NCBI GenBank assembly: GCA_040756875.1
Contig: JBFLYH010000002.1
Location: 895,078-959,077 of the forward strand
DNA length: 64,000 nt
Origin: a candidate division FCPU426 bacterium
Lineage (GTDB): Bacteria; Oederibacteriota; JAAXVQ01; JAUVAV01
Direction of reading: 5' to 3'
Shown here: positions 8,523 through 18,796 of the stretch, in pieces
How the letters are laid out: every line of letters starts with the position of its first letter
Numbering within the stretch: the stretch's first letter is position 1
Notes under the pieces: generated by a model
The model's input: the letters and a program-made list of their open reading frames with translations, nothing else
Database searches by the model: none
Told to the model about the DNA's origin: nothing
Position numbers and translations under genes: made by a program

Positions 8523-9886
8523 CGAAAAAAGTGTTGGCGCTGGCCGTGCTGCTGATTGGCGCTGGAGGAAGCCCGGTTTTGGCCGCGACCGACGCCGCGG
8601 GCAATACCGCAGGGGCCGTGCTGTCCTTCGAGCGGGCGCGCGACCTGGCGCAGGAATACAGCAAAACCTACCAGCAGGAACTGGCCAAGGAGCGCCAGGC
8701 CCAGTCGCGGTGGTGGCAGGCCCTGCTGGCCTTGGGGCCGACCGGGACTTTACAGGCCGGCTACATTCTCAAGAACAAACCCTCGACCATGACGATTGAC
8801 ACGAGCGCCTTCATGCCGCCCGGCTCGCCTGCGGCCACGCAGGAATTGGAATTGTCCAGCAACTATACCAGCGGACGGGTAATGTTGTCCCAGCCCCTGT
8901 TTACGGGCGGTAAACTGTACAGCGGGCTGGAAATGGCGGGGCTGCAGGCGGAATCGGCCCGCGATTCGGTCCGCTTGGCCGGCACCCAGTTGTACGTGGA
9001 CGCGGTCGAGGCGTATTACCAGGTGGTGCTCAACCAGCGTTCCCTGCAGGTGATGGAATCCTCGCTGGCTTCGCTGGAGCAGCATTTGGCGGTGGTCAAA
9101 GCCCGCTATCGCGAAGGCTTGGCCTCGAATTTTGAAGTCTTGCGTTCCCAGGTCCAGGTCGCCAACCTGAAGCCGTCGGTGCTTCGGATGCGTACGGCCC
9201 TGGCTCTCTCCAAGAACGCACTGGCCATGCTCACGGGCCTGCCCCTGGGCTCGCCCCTGGAAGTGGACGACCGGCTGGAGGTGGCCGCGGAAAGCTGGGC
9301 CACGCTGCCGGAATTGTTGGCCCGGGCGCAGGAGCGGCGCCTGGAACTAAAAAACCTGGAACGCAGCCAGCGTCTGGCCGGAATCGGCGTCCGCCTGGCC
9401 GCGACCGGCAACGTGCCCAACGTGGCGCTGACCGGAACCTGGAACTATTACGACACCGAGGACCGCGGATTTCCGCCGGCCGGGGAAAACCTCAAGCATT
9501 CCTGGGATGTCAGTTTGGGCCTGAGCTGGACCTTTTGGGACAATTTGTCCGCCCTGCCCAGAGCCCTGGAGGCCGAAGCCAAGGTGCAGGAAGCCGAACT
9601 GGGCCGTCAGGCCTTGGTGGACGGAATCCAGCAGCAGGTGGAGGCGGCCTACTTGACATTGACTGCCGCCCAGGAAACGTACCAGGCGCAGCAGCAGGCC
9701 GTGGATCTGGCGCGGGACAGTTACCGTCTGGCCGAGGTGCAGTATGCCAACGGCCAGGTGACCAATCTCGAGGTGCTGGATGCCCGCGTGGCTTTGAACC
9801 AGGCGGAATTGACGGCCTTGGAAACGCTGTATCAGTACCGTTTGGCAGGCGTCAAACTGCACCAGGCGGTCGGCGATACATTTTAA
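8519..9886 (+). CDS. TolC family outer-membrane efflux protein
   Basis: Signal peptide, LSQPLFTGG, two OEP repeats (RYREGLAS.FEVL; QYANGQVTNLEVLDA). Confidence 0.9.
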   Translation: MTKKVLALAVLLIGAGGSPVLAATDAAGNTAGAVLSFERARDLAQEYSKTYQQELAKERQAQSRWWQALLALGPTGTLQAGYILKNKPSTMTIDTSAFMPPGSPAATQELELSSNYTSGRVMLSQPLFTGGKLYSGLEMAGLQAESARDSVRLAGTQLYVDAVEAYYQVVLNQRSLQVMESSLASLEQHLAVVKARYREGLASNFEVLRSQVQVANLKPSVLRMRTALALSKNALAMLTGLPLGSPLEVDDRLEVAAESWATLPELLARAQERRLELKNLERSQRLAGIGVRLAATGNVPNVALTGTWNYYDTEDRGFPPAGENLKHSWDVSLGLSWTFWDNLSALPRALEAEAKVQEAELGRQALVDGIQQQVEAAYLTLTAAQETYQAQQQAVDLARDSYRLAEVQYANGQVTNLEVLDARVALNQAELTALETLYQYRLAGVKLHQAVGDTF

Positions 9887-9928
9887 TTCACATCCCCCGT
9901 TGATTAAATGGATGGAAAGGGGCAACAC

Positions 9929-10855
9929 ATGGAAAAGCGAGTTCGTAAAAGCAAAAGAACTTTGTGGATCATCATCGCCGCGGTGGTGCTGGCTTTGTTT
10001 ATCGCCGGACGGATTATAAGCAAACAGCATAAAGCCAAGACAGTCGCGGAACTGCCGATCGCGGTCAGGGTGATGAATCCCAAAGTCGGGCCGGTGTATG
10101 ACCGGATCAGCGTTTCCGGCACGGTCTCGGCCAAGGAAGAGGCGAATGCCTATTCCAAGGTGCCGGGCAAACTCCTGCGCTACGTGAAAGCCGAGGGCGA
10201 CTGGGTCCGCAAGGACCAGGTGGTGGCCTGGGTGGAGCGCGACGAGGTGGGGCTGACCTACGAACCCGCGCCGGTCAAAGCGCCGATCGCCGGTCAGGTC
10301 GCCCAGCGCTTCCTGGAAATCGGGACCGCGGTTTCAGCCGGCATGGGCGGCCCGGGAACACCCGTGGCACTGATCGTCAATCCCGGGCAATTGGAAGTCA
10401 AGGTCAATGTCATCGAAAAAGACGCGGCCCGCGTGCAGCCAGGCCAGGAGGCGTTGGTGCGGGTGGACGCCTATCCAACCGAGGTTTTTCGCGGCCGGAT
10501 CGACCGGGTTTCGCCCGTGGTGGACCGTATGACGCGCACCACCTTGGTCGTGGTCAGGCTGGAATCCCCGGAGGGGAAGCTGAAATCCGGGATGTTTGCG
10601 GACGTGGAACTGATCGTGGGCCAGAAGCCGAGCAGCCTGCTGCTGCCCCGGGAGGCGGTTTTAAAACAAAACCAGCAGTACTATGTGTATGTGGTGGAGA
10701 AAGACCGCGCCATCCGCCGTGAGGTCAAGCCCGGCTGGCCGCAGGACGCGGAGACGGAAATCCTGAACGGAATCGCGCCCCAGGACCGCGTGGTCGTGGA
10801 AGGGCAAACCCGGCTGACCGCCGATTCGCGCGTGCAGGTGCTGGAAGGAGAATAA
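9929..10855 (+). CDS. RND efflux periplasmic adaptor (MFP)
   Basis: N-terminal TM, VKAPIAG, LKSGMFADV, short alpha-hairpin. Confidence 0.9.
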   Translation: MEKRVRKSKRTLWIIIAAVVLALFIAGRIISKQHKAKTVAELPIAVRVMNPKVGPVYDRISVSGTVSAKEEANAYSKVPGKLLRYVKAEGDWVRKDQVVAWVERDEVGLTYEPAPVKAPIAGQVAQRFLEIGTAVSAGMGGPGTPVALIVNPGQLEVKVNVIEKDAARVQPGQEALVRVDAYPTEVFRGRIDRVSPVVDRMTRTTLVVVRLESPEGKLKSGMFADVELIVGQKPSSLLLPREAVLKQNQQYYVYVVEKDRAIRREVKPGWPQDAETEILNGIAPQDRVVVEGQTRLTADSRVQVLEGE

Positions 10856-10859
10856 CGCC

Positions 10860-13800
10860 ATGTTTCTGTCCCGCTTCGGCATCCGACGGCCCCTGACCGT
10901 CTTCATGATCTTTACCGGCGTGATCGTGCTGGGCCTGATCTCGCTGCAAAACCTGAAAATCGACCTGTTCCCCGAGATGAGTTTTCCCATGATCGCCGTG
11001 GTGACGAATTACAGCGGCGTGGGGCCGCAGGAAATGGAGAGCATGGTCACCAAGCCCATCGAAGGCGTGCTGGCGACCGTCACGGACATCAAAAACGTCA
11101 CGTCAAAATCCCTGCAGGAAATCTCCGTGGTCATGCTGGAGTTCGATTGGGGAACCAACATGGACGTGGCCTCGACCAACGCCCGGGAAAAAATCGACCT
11201 CGTCCGGCGCTTTCTCCCGGACGGCATCGACAATCCCATGATCATCAAGTTCGACCCGTCCATGATGCCCGTGCTGTTTTTGGGGGTGTCCAGCCAGGAC
11301 CGGGGCCTGGACGAACTGCGCAGCCTGGCGGAAGACACGATCAGCCAGCGCCTGGCGCGCATCAACGGCGTGGCCGTGGTGTCCGCGGCCGGCGGCTTGG
11401 AGCGCGAGATCCAGGTGCGCCTGGACCGGAACCGCCTGGAGGGCGCGGGGTTGTCCCTGGAGCAGGTCAAAATGGCTCTGGCCGCCGCCAACCTCGACCT
11501 GCCCGGCGGGCACCTGAAGATCGGCGCTACGGACTTTTTGGTCCGCACCACGGGTGAATTCAAGACCGTGGACGAAATCGCGGATACGGTCATCGGCAGC
11601 CCGCGCGGCGTGCCCCTGCGGCTGCGCGACGTGGCCGAGGTCAAGGACGACTACATTGAGAACACCTCGGTGCTGAAGATCAACGGCAGGCCGGGCGTAC
11701 TGGTGCAGATTCAAAAGGCTTCCTCGGCCAATACCGTGCAAGTGGCGCAGCGCGTGCGCAAGGAGCTGGCCAAACTCCAGGCGGACATGCCGAACGGGGT
11801 GACGATCACCACCATCTTTGATTCGGCCAAGGACATTGAAGCATCCATCAACGGCGTCAAGCAGGAGGTGCTGATCGGCGGGATTTTAGCCATCATCCTG
11901 ATCCTGGTGTTTCTCGGCAACTGGCGGAGCACGTTCATCGTTTCCCTGGCGATACCGATTTCCATCGTCGCCACGTTTGCCCTGCTGTATTTCGCCAATA
12001 TGACCCTGAATATCGCCACACTGGGCGGGTTGGCCCTGGGCGTGGGCCGCCTGGTGGACGACGCCATCGTGGTGCTGGAGAACATCTACCGCCACATGCA
12101 GGCCGGTGAGCGGCCCCGGGAGGCGTCGCTCTTGGGCGCGGCCGAGGTCAGCAACGCGGTCATCGCGGCCACGGTGACGACCATCGTGGTGTTCGTGCCG
12201 ATCCTGTTCGTCACCGGCCTGGCGGGCATCATCTTCAAACCCATGGCATATACGGTTTCCTTTTCGCTGTTCGCCTCGCTGTTCGTGGCCCTGATGCTCA
12301 TTCCGGTCCTGACGTCCAAATTTCTGCGGGCCGAGGTGATTTGCGAACCCAAGCCCGAGGAACTCAAAGGCTGGACCAAATGGCCGGCCTGGCTGCATTG
12401 CCGCTTTGCAGAAGGGTTGGAACGCGTGACCGCGTGGTATCAGCGGATGCTGGAGCAGGCGCTAAACCGGCGGCGCCGCGTGATTCTGGCCACCGTGGGC
12501 ATCGCCTTCGCGAGCCTGTTCCTTCTCCCCCTGATCGGCATGGAATTCATTCCGGTGGCGGACGAGGGCGCGATCGAAATGACCTTTAAACTGCCCATCG
12601 GCGTCCGGCTTGAGGAATCTGAAAAAGCGTTGAATCAAATCCAAAAGATCCTGGAAGAAGAAGTGCCGGAGATGGAGGATAATTTCGCCCGCGTGGGCGT
12701 GGAAGGCCGCGGCATGGGCGCCATGGCGTCCATTTTCGGTGGCATTACGGGCAGCCACGCGGGCAACATGCGCGTCCAGTTGGTCGAAAAAGGCAAGCGC
12801 CGGCGGAGCACGGACGAAATCGTGGAAGTACTGCGCCGGAAGTTTTCCCGCATTCCGGGGCTGGACTGCAAGGTCAGCGTTGACCAGGGCATGGGCAGTT
12901 TCGGGAGCACGGCGCCCATCGTGGTCGAAATCCAGGGGTATGACCTGATTACAGCCCGCGACCTGTCCCAAAAGATCGTAGCTATCATGGGAAAGGTCAA
13001 GGGCGCGCGGGACCCCGAAGTGTCGCGCGAGGAAGGGCTGCCGGAAATGCAGATCGACATCAACCGCCAGCGGGCCGCGGACCTGGGCCTTTCCGTGGCG
13101 CAGGTGGCTGGCGCGATCGAAACCGCCATGGCCGGCAAAGTGGCGGCCATTTACCGCGATCCGGTCAAAGGCAAGGAATATAATATTCTGGTGCGCTATC
13201 AGGAGAAGTACCGCCGCACCCTGCAGGACCTCGACCGCGTGACCATTACCACGCCGGCCGGCGTCAAGATCCCGCTCTCGAACGTCGCCTCCCTGCGCCA
13301 GGGGGAGGGGCCGGTGACCATTGACCGCAAAAACCAGGAGCGCATCATCACGGTCAGCGCGCAGGTCAGCGGCCGCGCGCCCGGCGACGTGGCCGCGGAA
13401 ATCCAGCGCCGCATCCGCACCGAGATCACCATTCCCGACCAGTTCACGGTCAAGGTGGCGGGCACCTACCAGGACATGCAGGACGCGTTCCGCAACCTGC
13501 TGTTCGCCCTGGGCCTGGCGATTCTGCTGGTGTACATGGTCCTGGTGGCGCAGTTCGAATCGCTGATGGATCCCTTCATTATTATGTTCGCCGTGCCGCT
13601 GGGCGTTGTGGGCGTGATCTGGGGGCTGTTTTTAACCGGACACACCCTGTCCACCGTCTCCTTCCTCGGCATCATCATGATGTCCGGCATCGTGGTCTCG
13701 AACAGCATTCTGCTCGTGGATTACACCAACATCCTCCGCCGCCGGGGCAAGCCCCTGCGGGAGGCGGTGGTCGAGGCCGGCCGCACCCGCCTGCGGCCCA

Positions 13801-14003
13801 TTCTCATGACCACGCTGACCACCATTCTCGGCATGCTGCCCATGGCCATGGGCTGGAGCGAAGGCGGCGAGACCGAGGCGCCCATGGCGGTGGCCGTGAT
13901 CTTCGGCCTGGGGTTGTCCACGGTGCTGACCCTGGTGGTGATTCCGGTGCTATATACGATTTTCGAGCAGCGCTTGAAGCGCTTCGAGCAAGTATCTCTG
14001 TAA
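10860..14003 (+). CDS. RND efflux permease, AcrB/AcrD/AcrF family
   Basis: 1047 aa; GRLVDDAIVVLENI, RLRPILMTTLTTILG. Confidence 0.95.
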   Translation: MFLSRFGIRRPLTVFMIFTGVIVLGLISLQNLKIDLFPEMSFPMIAVVTNYSGVGPQEMESMVTKPIEGVLATVTDIKNVTSKSLQEISVVMLEFDWGTNMDVASTNAREKIDLVRRFLPDGIDNPMIIKFDPSMMPVLFLGVSSQDRGLDELRSLAEDTISQRLARINGVAVVSAAGGLEREIQVRLDRNRLEGAGLSLEQVKMALAAANLDLPGGHLKIGATDFLVRTTGEFKTVDEIADTVIGSPRGVPLRLRDVAEVKDDYIENTSVLKINGRPGVLVQIQKASSANTVQVAQRVRKELAKLQADMPNGVTITTIFDSAKDIEASINGVKQEVLIGGILAIILILVFLGNWRSTFIVSLAIPISIVATFALLYFANMTLNIATLGGLALGVGRLVDDAIVVLENIYRHMQAGERPREASLLGAAEVSNAVIAATVTTIVVFVPILFVTGLAGIIFKPMAYTVSFSLFASLFVALMLIPVLTSKFLRAEVICEPKPEELKGWTKWPAWLHCRFAEGLERVTAWYQRMLEQALNRRRRVILATVGIAFASLFLLPLIGMEFIPVADEGAIEMTFKLPIGVRLEESEKALNQIQKILEEEVPEMEDNFARVGVEGRGMGAMASIFGGITGSHAGNMRVQLVEKGKRRRSTDEIVEVLRRKFSRIPGLDCKVSVDQGMGSFGSTAPIVVEIQGYDLITARDLSQKIVAIMGKVKGARDPEVSREEGLPEMQIDINRQRAADLGLSVAQVAGAIETAMAGKVAAIYRDPVKGKEYNILVRYQEKYRRTLQDLDRVTITTPAGVKIPLSNVASLRQGEGPVTIDRKNQERIITVSAQVSGRAPGDVAAEIQRRIRTEITIPDQFTVKVAGTYQDMQDAFRNLLFALGLAILLVYMVLVAQFESLMDPFIIMFAVPLGVVGVIWGLFLTGHTLSTVSFLGIIMMSGIVVSNSILLVDYTNILRRRGKPLREAVVEAGRTRLRPILMTTLTTILGMLPMAMGWSEGGETEAPMAVAVIFGLGLSTVLTLVVIPVLYTIFEQRLKRFEQVSL

Positions 14004-14018
14004 GGGGAGCGTGTCTGC

Positions 14019-14345
14019 ATGCCGACCCAATCTGGTACCCGGTCTCCCAAAGCCAAACTCAACCTGTACTGGCTGATTTTCAATGTGGCCCTGGAAACCG
14101 ATGTCAAGCAACTGCTGGCCACGTTCGAGCTCAAGGCCTTTTCCCGCTGGGACGAAGTCAAAGGCAGCGGCCGGTCCGGCCCGCACCTCAATGACGAAGT
14201 CTGGCCCATGGTGAACGCGCTCTATGTGTTCGCGGCGCCGGCCAGCCTGGAAGCCAGGCTGGCGCGGGCCGTGGAAGCCATCCGCAAGCAGTTCCCGGGC
14301 GAAGGCATCAAGCTGATCGTCCAGCCCTGCTCGGCCGTGCATTGA
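14019..14345 (+). CDS. PII-like transporter-associated protein (PG0541-like)
   Basis: [23 protein letters not shown] motif; directly after the RND permease. Confidence 0.7.
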   Translation: MPTQSGTRSPKAKLNLYWLIFNVALETDVKQLLATFELKAFSRWDEVKGSGRSGPHLNDEVWPMVNALYVFAAPASLEARLARAVEAIRKQFPGEGIKLIVQPCSAVH

Positions 14346-14448
14346 TCCTTCTCCCCCGGGCAGGCGACCCCGGACCTATTTCTTGCATTTTCACGCCAAA
14401 AAGCGGACAATGTCAGCCGCATCAAATCCCCGGACAAGGAGCGGCTCC

Positions 14449-16089
14449 ATGTCTTCCCTGACCTCCTCCCCGGCCTGGCAGGCCCTGCAGGCTCATTATC
14501 AAAAAATCAAGGACGCTCAGATGCGGGACCTGTTCAGCCAGGACCCCGGGCGGTTCAACAAATTCTCGGCGTCTTTCGGCGGCCTGCTTTTGGATTATTC
14601 GAAAAACCGGGTCACCGCCGAAACCCTGAAACTGCTGTTCGCGCTCGCCGAGCAGGCCGGGCTCAAGGCCAGGATCGAGGCCATGTTCAGCGGCGAAAAG
14701 ATCAACGTGACGGAGAACCGGGCCGTACTGCACGTCGCCCTGCGCAACCGCTCCAGCCGCCCGATCCGGGTGGACGGGCAGGATGTGATGCCCGGCGTCA
14801 ACCGTGTGCTGACCCATATGCGCCAATTCAGCGAAGCCGTGCGCAGCGGCGCCTGGACCGGCTACACCGGGCAGCCCATCCGCGACGTGGTCAACCTCGG
14901 CATCGGCGGTTCGGATCTGGGCCCCCAGATGGCGGTCCTGGCCCTGACGCCGTATATCCATCCGCGCCTGCGGTTTCATTTCGTATCCAACGTGGACGGC
15001 ACGCACCTGGCCGAGGTGCTCAAGCGGGTCGAGCCCGAGACCACGCTTTTTCTCGTCGCCTCCAAGACCTTCACCACCCTGGAAACCATGACCAACGCCC
15101 ACAGCGCCCGGGACTGGTTCCTGAAAGCCGCCGGCCGCGAAGAGGCGGTGGCCAAGCATTTCGCGGCCATCTCCACCAACACCGCGGCTGTAACGCAGTT
15201 CGGCATTTTACCGGAAAATATGTTCGAGTTTTGGGACTGGGTGGGAGGCCGCTATTCCCTGTGGTCGGCCATCGGCCTTTCGATCGCCATCGCCGTGGGC
15301 ATGGACTCCTTCGAGGAACTCCTCGCCGGCGCGCACGCGATGGACGGGCATTTCCGGCAGGCCCCCTTGGCCGAAAACCTGCCCGTGCTCATGGCGCTGC
15401 TGGGCGTTTGGTACACGGACTTCTTCGGCGCGGCCACGCATGCGGTCCTGCCTTATGACCAGTATCTGTCCCGCTTTCCGGCGTACCTCCAGCAAGGCGA
15501 CATGGAGAGCAACGGCAAGCGCGTCACCCTGCAGGGCGAATGGACGGATTATGCCACCGGCCCGGTCATCTGGGGCGAGCCGGGCACCAACGGGCAACAC
15601 GCGTTCTATCAGTTGCTCCATCAGGGGACGCACCTCATTCCCTGCGATTTCCTGGCCCCTGTGAATTCGCACAACCCCATGGGAGACCACCACGTCCTGC
15701 TGATCGCCAATTTCCTTGCGCAAACCGAAGCGCTCATGCGCGGCAAAACCGAGACCGAAGCCAGGCAGGAATTGGCCGCCAAGGTCACAGGCCCCCGCCT
15801 GGACCTGTTGGCCCGCGCCAAGACCTTTCCCGGAAACCTGCCGACCAACACCCTTTTCTTCAAGCGCCTGGATCCGCGGACCCTGGGCATGCTGATCGCT
15901 CTGTACGAACATAAAATTTTCACCCAGGGCGTTATATGGAACGTCAATTCTTTCGACCAGATGGGTGTGGAATTGGGCAAAGTACTGGCCCTGGCCATTG
16001 TGCCGGAATTGAAGGGGACTAAATCCATGGGGACGCACGATGCGTCTACTATGGGGCTTATACAGTACTATCTGGAACATAAAGCCTGA
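14449..16089 (+). CDS. pgi: Glucose-6-phosphate isomerase
   Basis: [47 protein letters not shown]. Confidence 0.97.
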   Translation: MSSLTSSPAWQALQAHYQKIKDAQMRDLFSQDPGRFNKFSASFGGLLLDYSKNRVTAETLKLLFALAEQAGLKARIEAMFSGEKINVTENRAVLHVALRNRSSRPIRVDGQDVMPGVNRVLTHMRQFSEAVRSGAWTGYTGQPIRDVVNLGIGGSDLGPQMAVLALTPYIHPRLRFHFVSNVDGTHLAEVLKRVEPETTLFLVASKTFTTLETMTNAHSARDWFLKAAGREEAVAKHFAAISTNTAAVTQFGILPENMFEFWDWVGGRYSLWSAIGLSIAIAVGMDSFEELLAGAHAMDGHFRQAPLAENLPVLMALLGVWYTDFFGAATHAVLPYDQYLSRFPAYLQQGDMESNGKRVTLQGEWTDYATGPVIWGEPGTNGQHAFYQLLHQGTHLIPCDFLAPVNSHNPMGDHHVLLIANFLAQTEALMRGKTETEARQELAAKVTGPRLDLLARAKTFPGNLPTNTLFFKRLDPRTLGMLIALYEHKIFTQGVIWNVNSFDQMGVELGKVLALAIVPELKGTKSMGTHDASTMGLIQYYLEHKA

Positions 16090-16261
16090 AAATCCCTTGA
16101 AATTCGCCTAAAATCCGCTGCCGGGACTTTTTCCCGGCCTCTGAAAAACCCTTTTGTTTCAAACACATTCTCAAAGGGGATTTGAATCCGGCCCATTTGT
16201 TTTCCGCGAATTTCTATGCTATACTTACTATCAAGCAGATCAGAGAGGCAGGTGAGACGCC

Positions 16262-16465
16262 ATGATCCCCAAGCCCGAAACCGATAACAATTACTTGCTC
16301 CTCCTGAATAAATCCTCATTGGATCTGGTCCGCGCCACGGAGCGCCAGCGCCTGCGCCAGGCCTTGGCCAAGGCAGTCATGAAACAAAGCCAGCAGTTGG
16401 AGCCGTTGCTCCAGTTTTTAAAAGAGCGCTGGCCATCCCATCAGGCTGTTTTTTATAGAAATTAA
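16262..16465 (+). CDS. Hypothetical 67-aa helical protein
   Basis: AGGTGAG RBS, upstream TTGTTT-N17-TATACT promoter, downstream terminator. Confidence 0.55.
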   Translation: MIPKPETDNNYLLLLNKSSLDLVRATERQRLRQALAKAVMKQSQQLEPLLQFLKERWPSHQAVFYRN

Positions 16466-16492
16466 AGGCGTTTTCCGCCAGGTTCTCATGTG

Positions 16493-16523
16493 CCGCCTGC
16501 ACCCGCTGCAGGCGGTTTTTTTT
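16493..16523 (+). terminator. Rho-independent terminator
   Basis: CCGCCTGCA-5nt-TGCAGGCGG followed by T8. Confidence 0.8.
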
Positions 16524-16643
16524 ATCCCTGCCAGGAAGAATACCCCGGGGTTCTTTCAGTCGCCAGCAGAGGAATGCGGCTTGGGCCTTGCAATCCAGCT
16601 CGCTAATGCTATAATGCCTGCACTTTTCTAGAGGAGGACTGGG

Positions 16644-17393
16644 ATGATCAAGCTGGTGATGTTGCGGCACGGCGAAAGCAGTTGGAATCTCGAGAACCGG
16701 TTTACCGGATGGACGGACGTGGATCTGTCCGAAAAAGGGCTGAAGGAAGCCCACGCAGCCGGGAAATTGCTGCGCCAGGAAGGATACACGTTTGACCTGG
16801 CGTACACCTCGGTGTTGAAACGGGCCATCCGTACATTGTGGATCGCGCTGGACGAGATGGATCTGATGTGGATTCCCGTGCACCGGACGTGGCGCTTGAA
16901 CGAGCGCCATTACGGCGCCCTGCAGGGGTTAAACAAAGCCGAAACCGCGGAGAAATACGGAGAAGATCAGGTTAAAATTTGGCGCCGCAGCTATGATGTC
17001 CCGCCGCCGGCCCTGGAGCTTCAGGACTCCCGCCATCCCCGCCACGATCCCCGGTACGCCGGCTTGTCCGATCAGGAAATTCCGGCGTGCGAGGATCTCA
17101 AAGCCACCCTGGAACGCGTGCTCCCGTATTGGTTCAACGAAATCCTGCCCCAATTAAAAGCAGGGAGAAAGATCCTGATTGCGGCCCACGGCAATTCGCT
17201 CCGGGCCCTGGTCAAGCACCTGGACCAGGTGTCAGACCGGGAGATTGTAGAGCTCAACATCCCCACGGGCGTGCCGCTGGTGTATGAATTGGACGAAAAA
17301 TTCAACGCGATCAAGCATTATTATCTCGGGGACGCGGAAGCCGTGAAACAGGCCATGGCCGCGGTTGCAGCGCAGGGCAAGAAGGGCAAATGA
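16644..17393 (+). CDS. gpmA: 2,3-bisphosphoglycerate-dependent phosphoglycerate mutase
   Basis: [38 protein letters not shown]. Confidence 0.97.
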   Translation: MIKLVMLRHGESSWNLENRFTGWTDVDLSEKGLKEAHAAGKLLRQEGYTFDLAYTSVLKRAIRTLWIALDEMDLMWIPVHRTWRLNERHYGALQGLNKAETAEKYGEDQVKIWRRSYDVPPPALELQDSRHPRHDPRYAGLSDQEIPACEDLKATLERVLPYWFNEILPQLKAGRKILIAAHGNSLRALVKHLDQVSDREIVELNIPTGVPLVYELDEKFNAIKHYYLGDAEAVKQAMAAVAAQGKKGK

Positions 17394-17483
17394 GAGGAAA
17401 AAGAGAGTTGGGGAAAGGATTTTATATAGACATTAAGAGTGGGAAGTGTTAAGTTACAGCCTCACCAGCAAAGCGGAATATAT

Positions 17484-17558
<75 letters not shown>

Positions 17559-17559
17559 G

Positions 17560-17602
17560 ATAAAGAAAAAGGCTCCTCGTCCGAGGAGCCTTTTTCTTTA
17601 TC
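17560..17602. terminator. Bidirectional rho-independent terminator
   Basis: GATAAAGAAAAAGGCTCCTCG-TC-CGAGGAGCCTTTTTCTTTATC perfect inverted repeat between convergent units. Confidence 0.85.
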
Positions 17603-17656
17603 CCGCAACGCTGAAAACCCCGGGCATGTCCCTAAAGGGACTTCTTCCATCGTCCG

Positions 17657-18796
17657 CTAAGCCGGAAGAAAAACCGCGACCTCGGGCTCGATTTCTCCCC
17701 GGTAGGCATAGTTCTCGATGAACTTGATCAAAGTCGCGGTGACTTCCCGCCCGGCCGGCGCCAGAAAAACGCCGTTGCGGGTTCTGATGTCCTCGGCCAG
17801 GACCATTTCCGTCGTCAACGTAAAGACGTCCTTCCGGTGTTTGACCACGCTGGCTTTTTGGGCGTTGGCCGCGCGCAGGGCTTCGGCCGCGGATACGGGA
17901 TAGACATCCGGCTGCTGCAGCAGGCGTACAACGGCCTGGGCCGGCGCCTGCTTTTCGCGCGTGACCAAGTCATCGTAAGCCAGGACCGTTCGCAGCAGCA
18001 GGCTTCCCAGCTCGACAGGCGGCAATTGCGTCCATTCCCCGGCCTTGGACAGGGAAGCCGGGGACCCGCTGGACCCGGAAATCATCTGGGCAATGGGTTC
18101 CAGGCGCGGGATATTGATCAGCAAATCCCGCCCGATCGCAGGCACACTGGCCAGCTGTTTTTGCTCCTCCTCGGAAAGCGACAGACCGGCATGGTACCGT
18201 TGCAGCAAAGTCACGGGCAAGGTAATGCAGCCGAGTTGGGACAACTGGGCGGAAAGCTCGAACTGCCAGACCTGGCCGAGGTTGTGGGCGGCGCATATTT
18301 CCTTGATCAGGCGCCGCAGGCGTTCCGCCCGGCTGAAGGCCTCGGGATTGGCCAGGGAGAGCACATCCACGAGCAGTTTGACGCTTCCGTTCAGCGTTTT
18401 TTCCAGAAGCTCCCGTTCAGCCGTGATCAGGCGGTTTTGCTCAAGGGCGGCGGTCACGGCCTTGGCCAGCAGGGGAGCATCGCAGGGTTTGGTGAGGAAG
18501 CGGAAGATGTTGCCCTCGTTGACCGCCTGGACGGCGTCGTCGAGATCAGCCTGGCCGGTGAGCATAATTCGGACCGTATCCGGATAACGCTCGCGCATCT
18601 GCGCCAGAAACTGCACTCCGTCCATGCCCGGCATCCGCATGTCGGAAACCACCACCGCAAACGGGCCTTCCCGCTCCGTCAGAGCGAGCGCTTCCGCTCC
18701 GCCGGGCGCAGTGGCCAGCGCAAAGGATTTCCGCAGGTTCCTTTGGTAGCCCGCCAGTAGGTTTTCGTCATCATCCACGAAGAGAACTTGGCTCAT
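17657..18796 (-). CDS. Response regulator, REC plus degenerate HD/HD-GYP-like output
   Basis: VLFVDDD..SDMRMPGMDG..KP receiver; C-terminal SQLGCI region lacks the HD dyad; TAATG coupling to the upstream gene. Confidence 0.8.
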   Translation of the reverse strand: MSQVLFVDDDENLLAGYQRNLRKSFALATAPGGAEALALTEREGPFAVVVSDMRMPGMDGVQFLAQMRERYPDTVRIMLTGQADLDDAVQAVNEGNIFRFLTKPCDAPLLAKAVTAALEQNRLITAERELLEKTLNGSVKLLVDVLSLANPEAFSRAERLRRLIKEICAAHNLGQVWQFELSAQLSQLGCITLPVTLLQRYHAGLSLSEEEQKQLASVPAIGRDLLINIPRLEPIAQMISGSSGSPASLSKAGEWTQLPPVELGSLLLRTVLAYDDLVTREKQAPAQAVVRLLQQPDVYPVSAAEALRAANAQKASVVKHRKDVFTLTTEMVLAEDIRTRNGVFLAPAGREVTATLIKFIENYAYRGEIEPEVAVFLPA

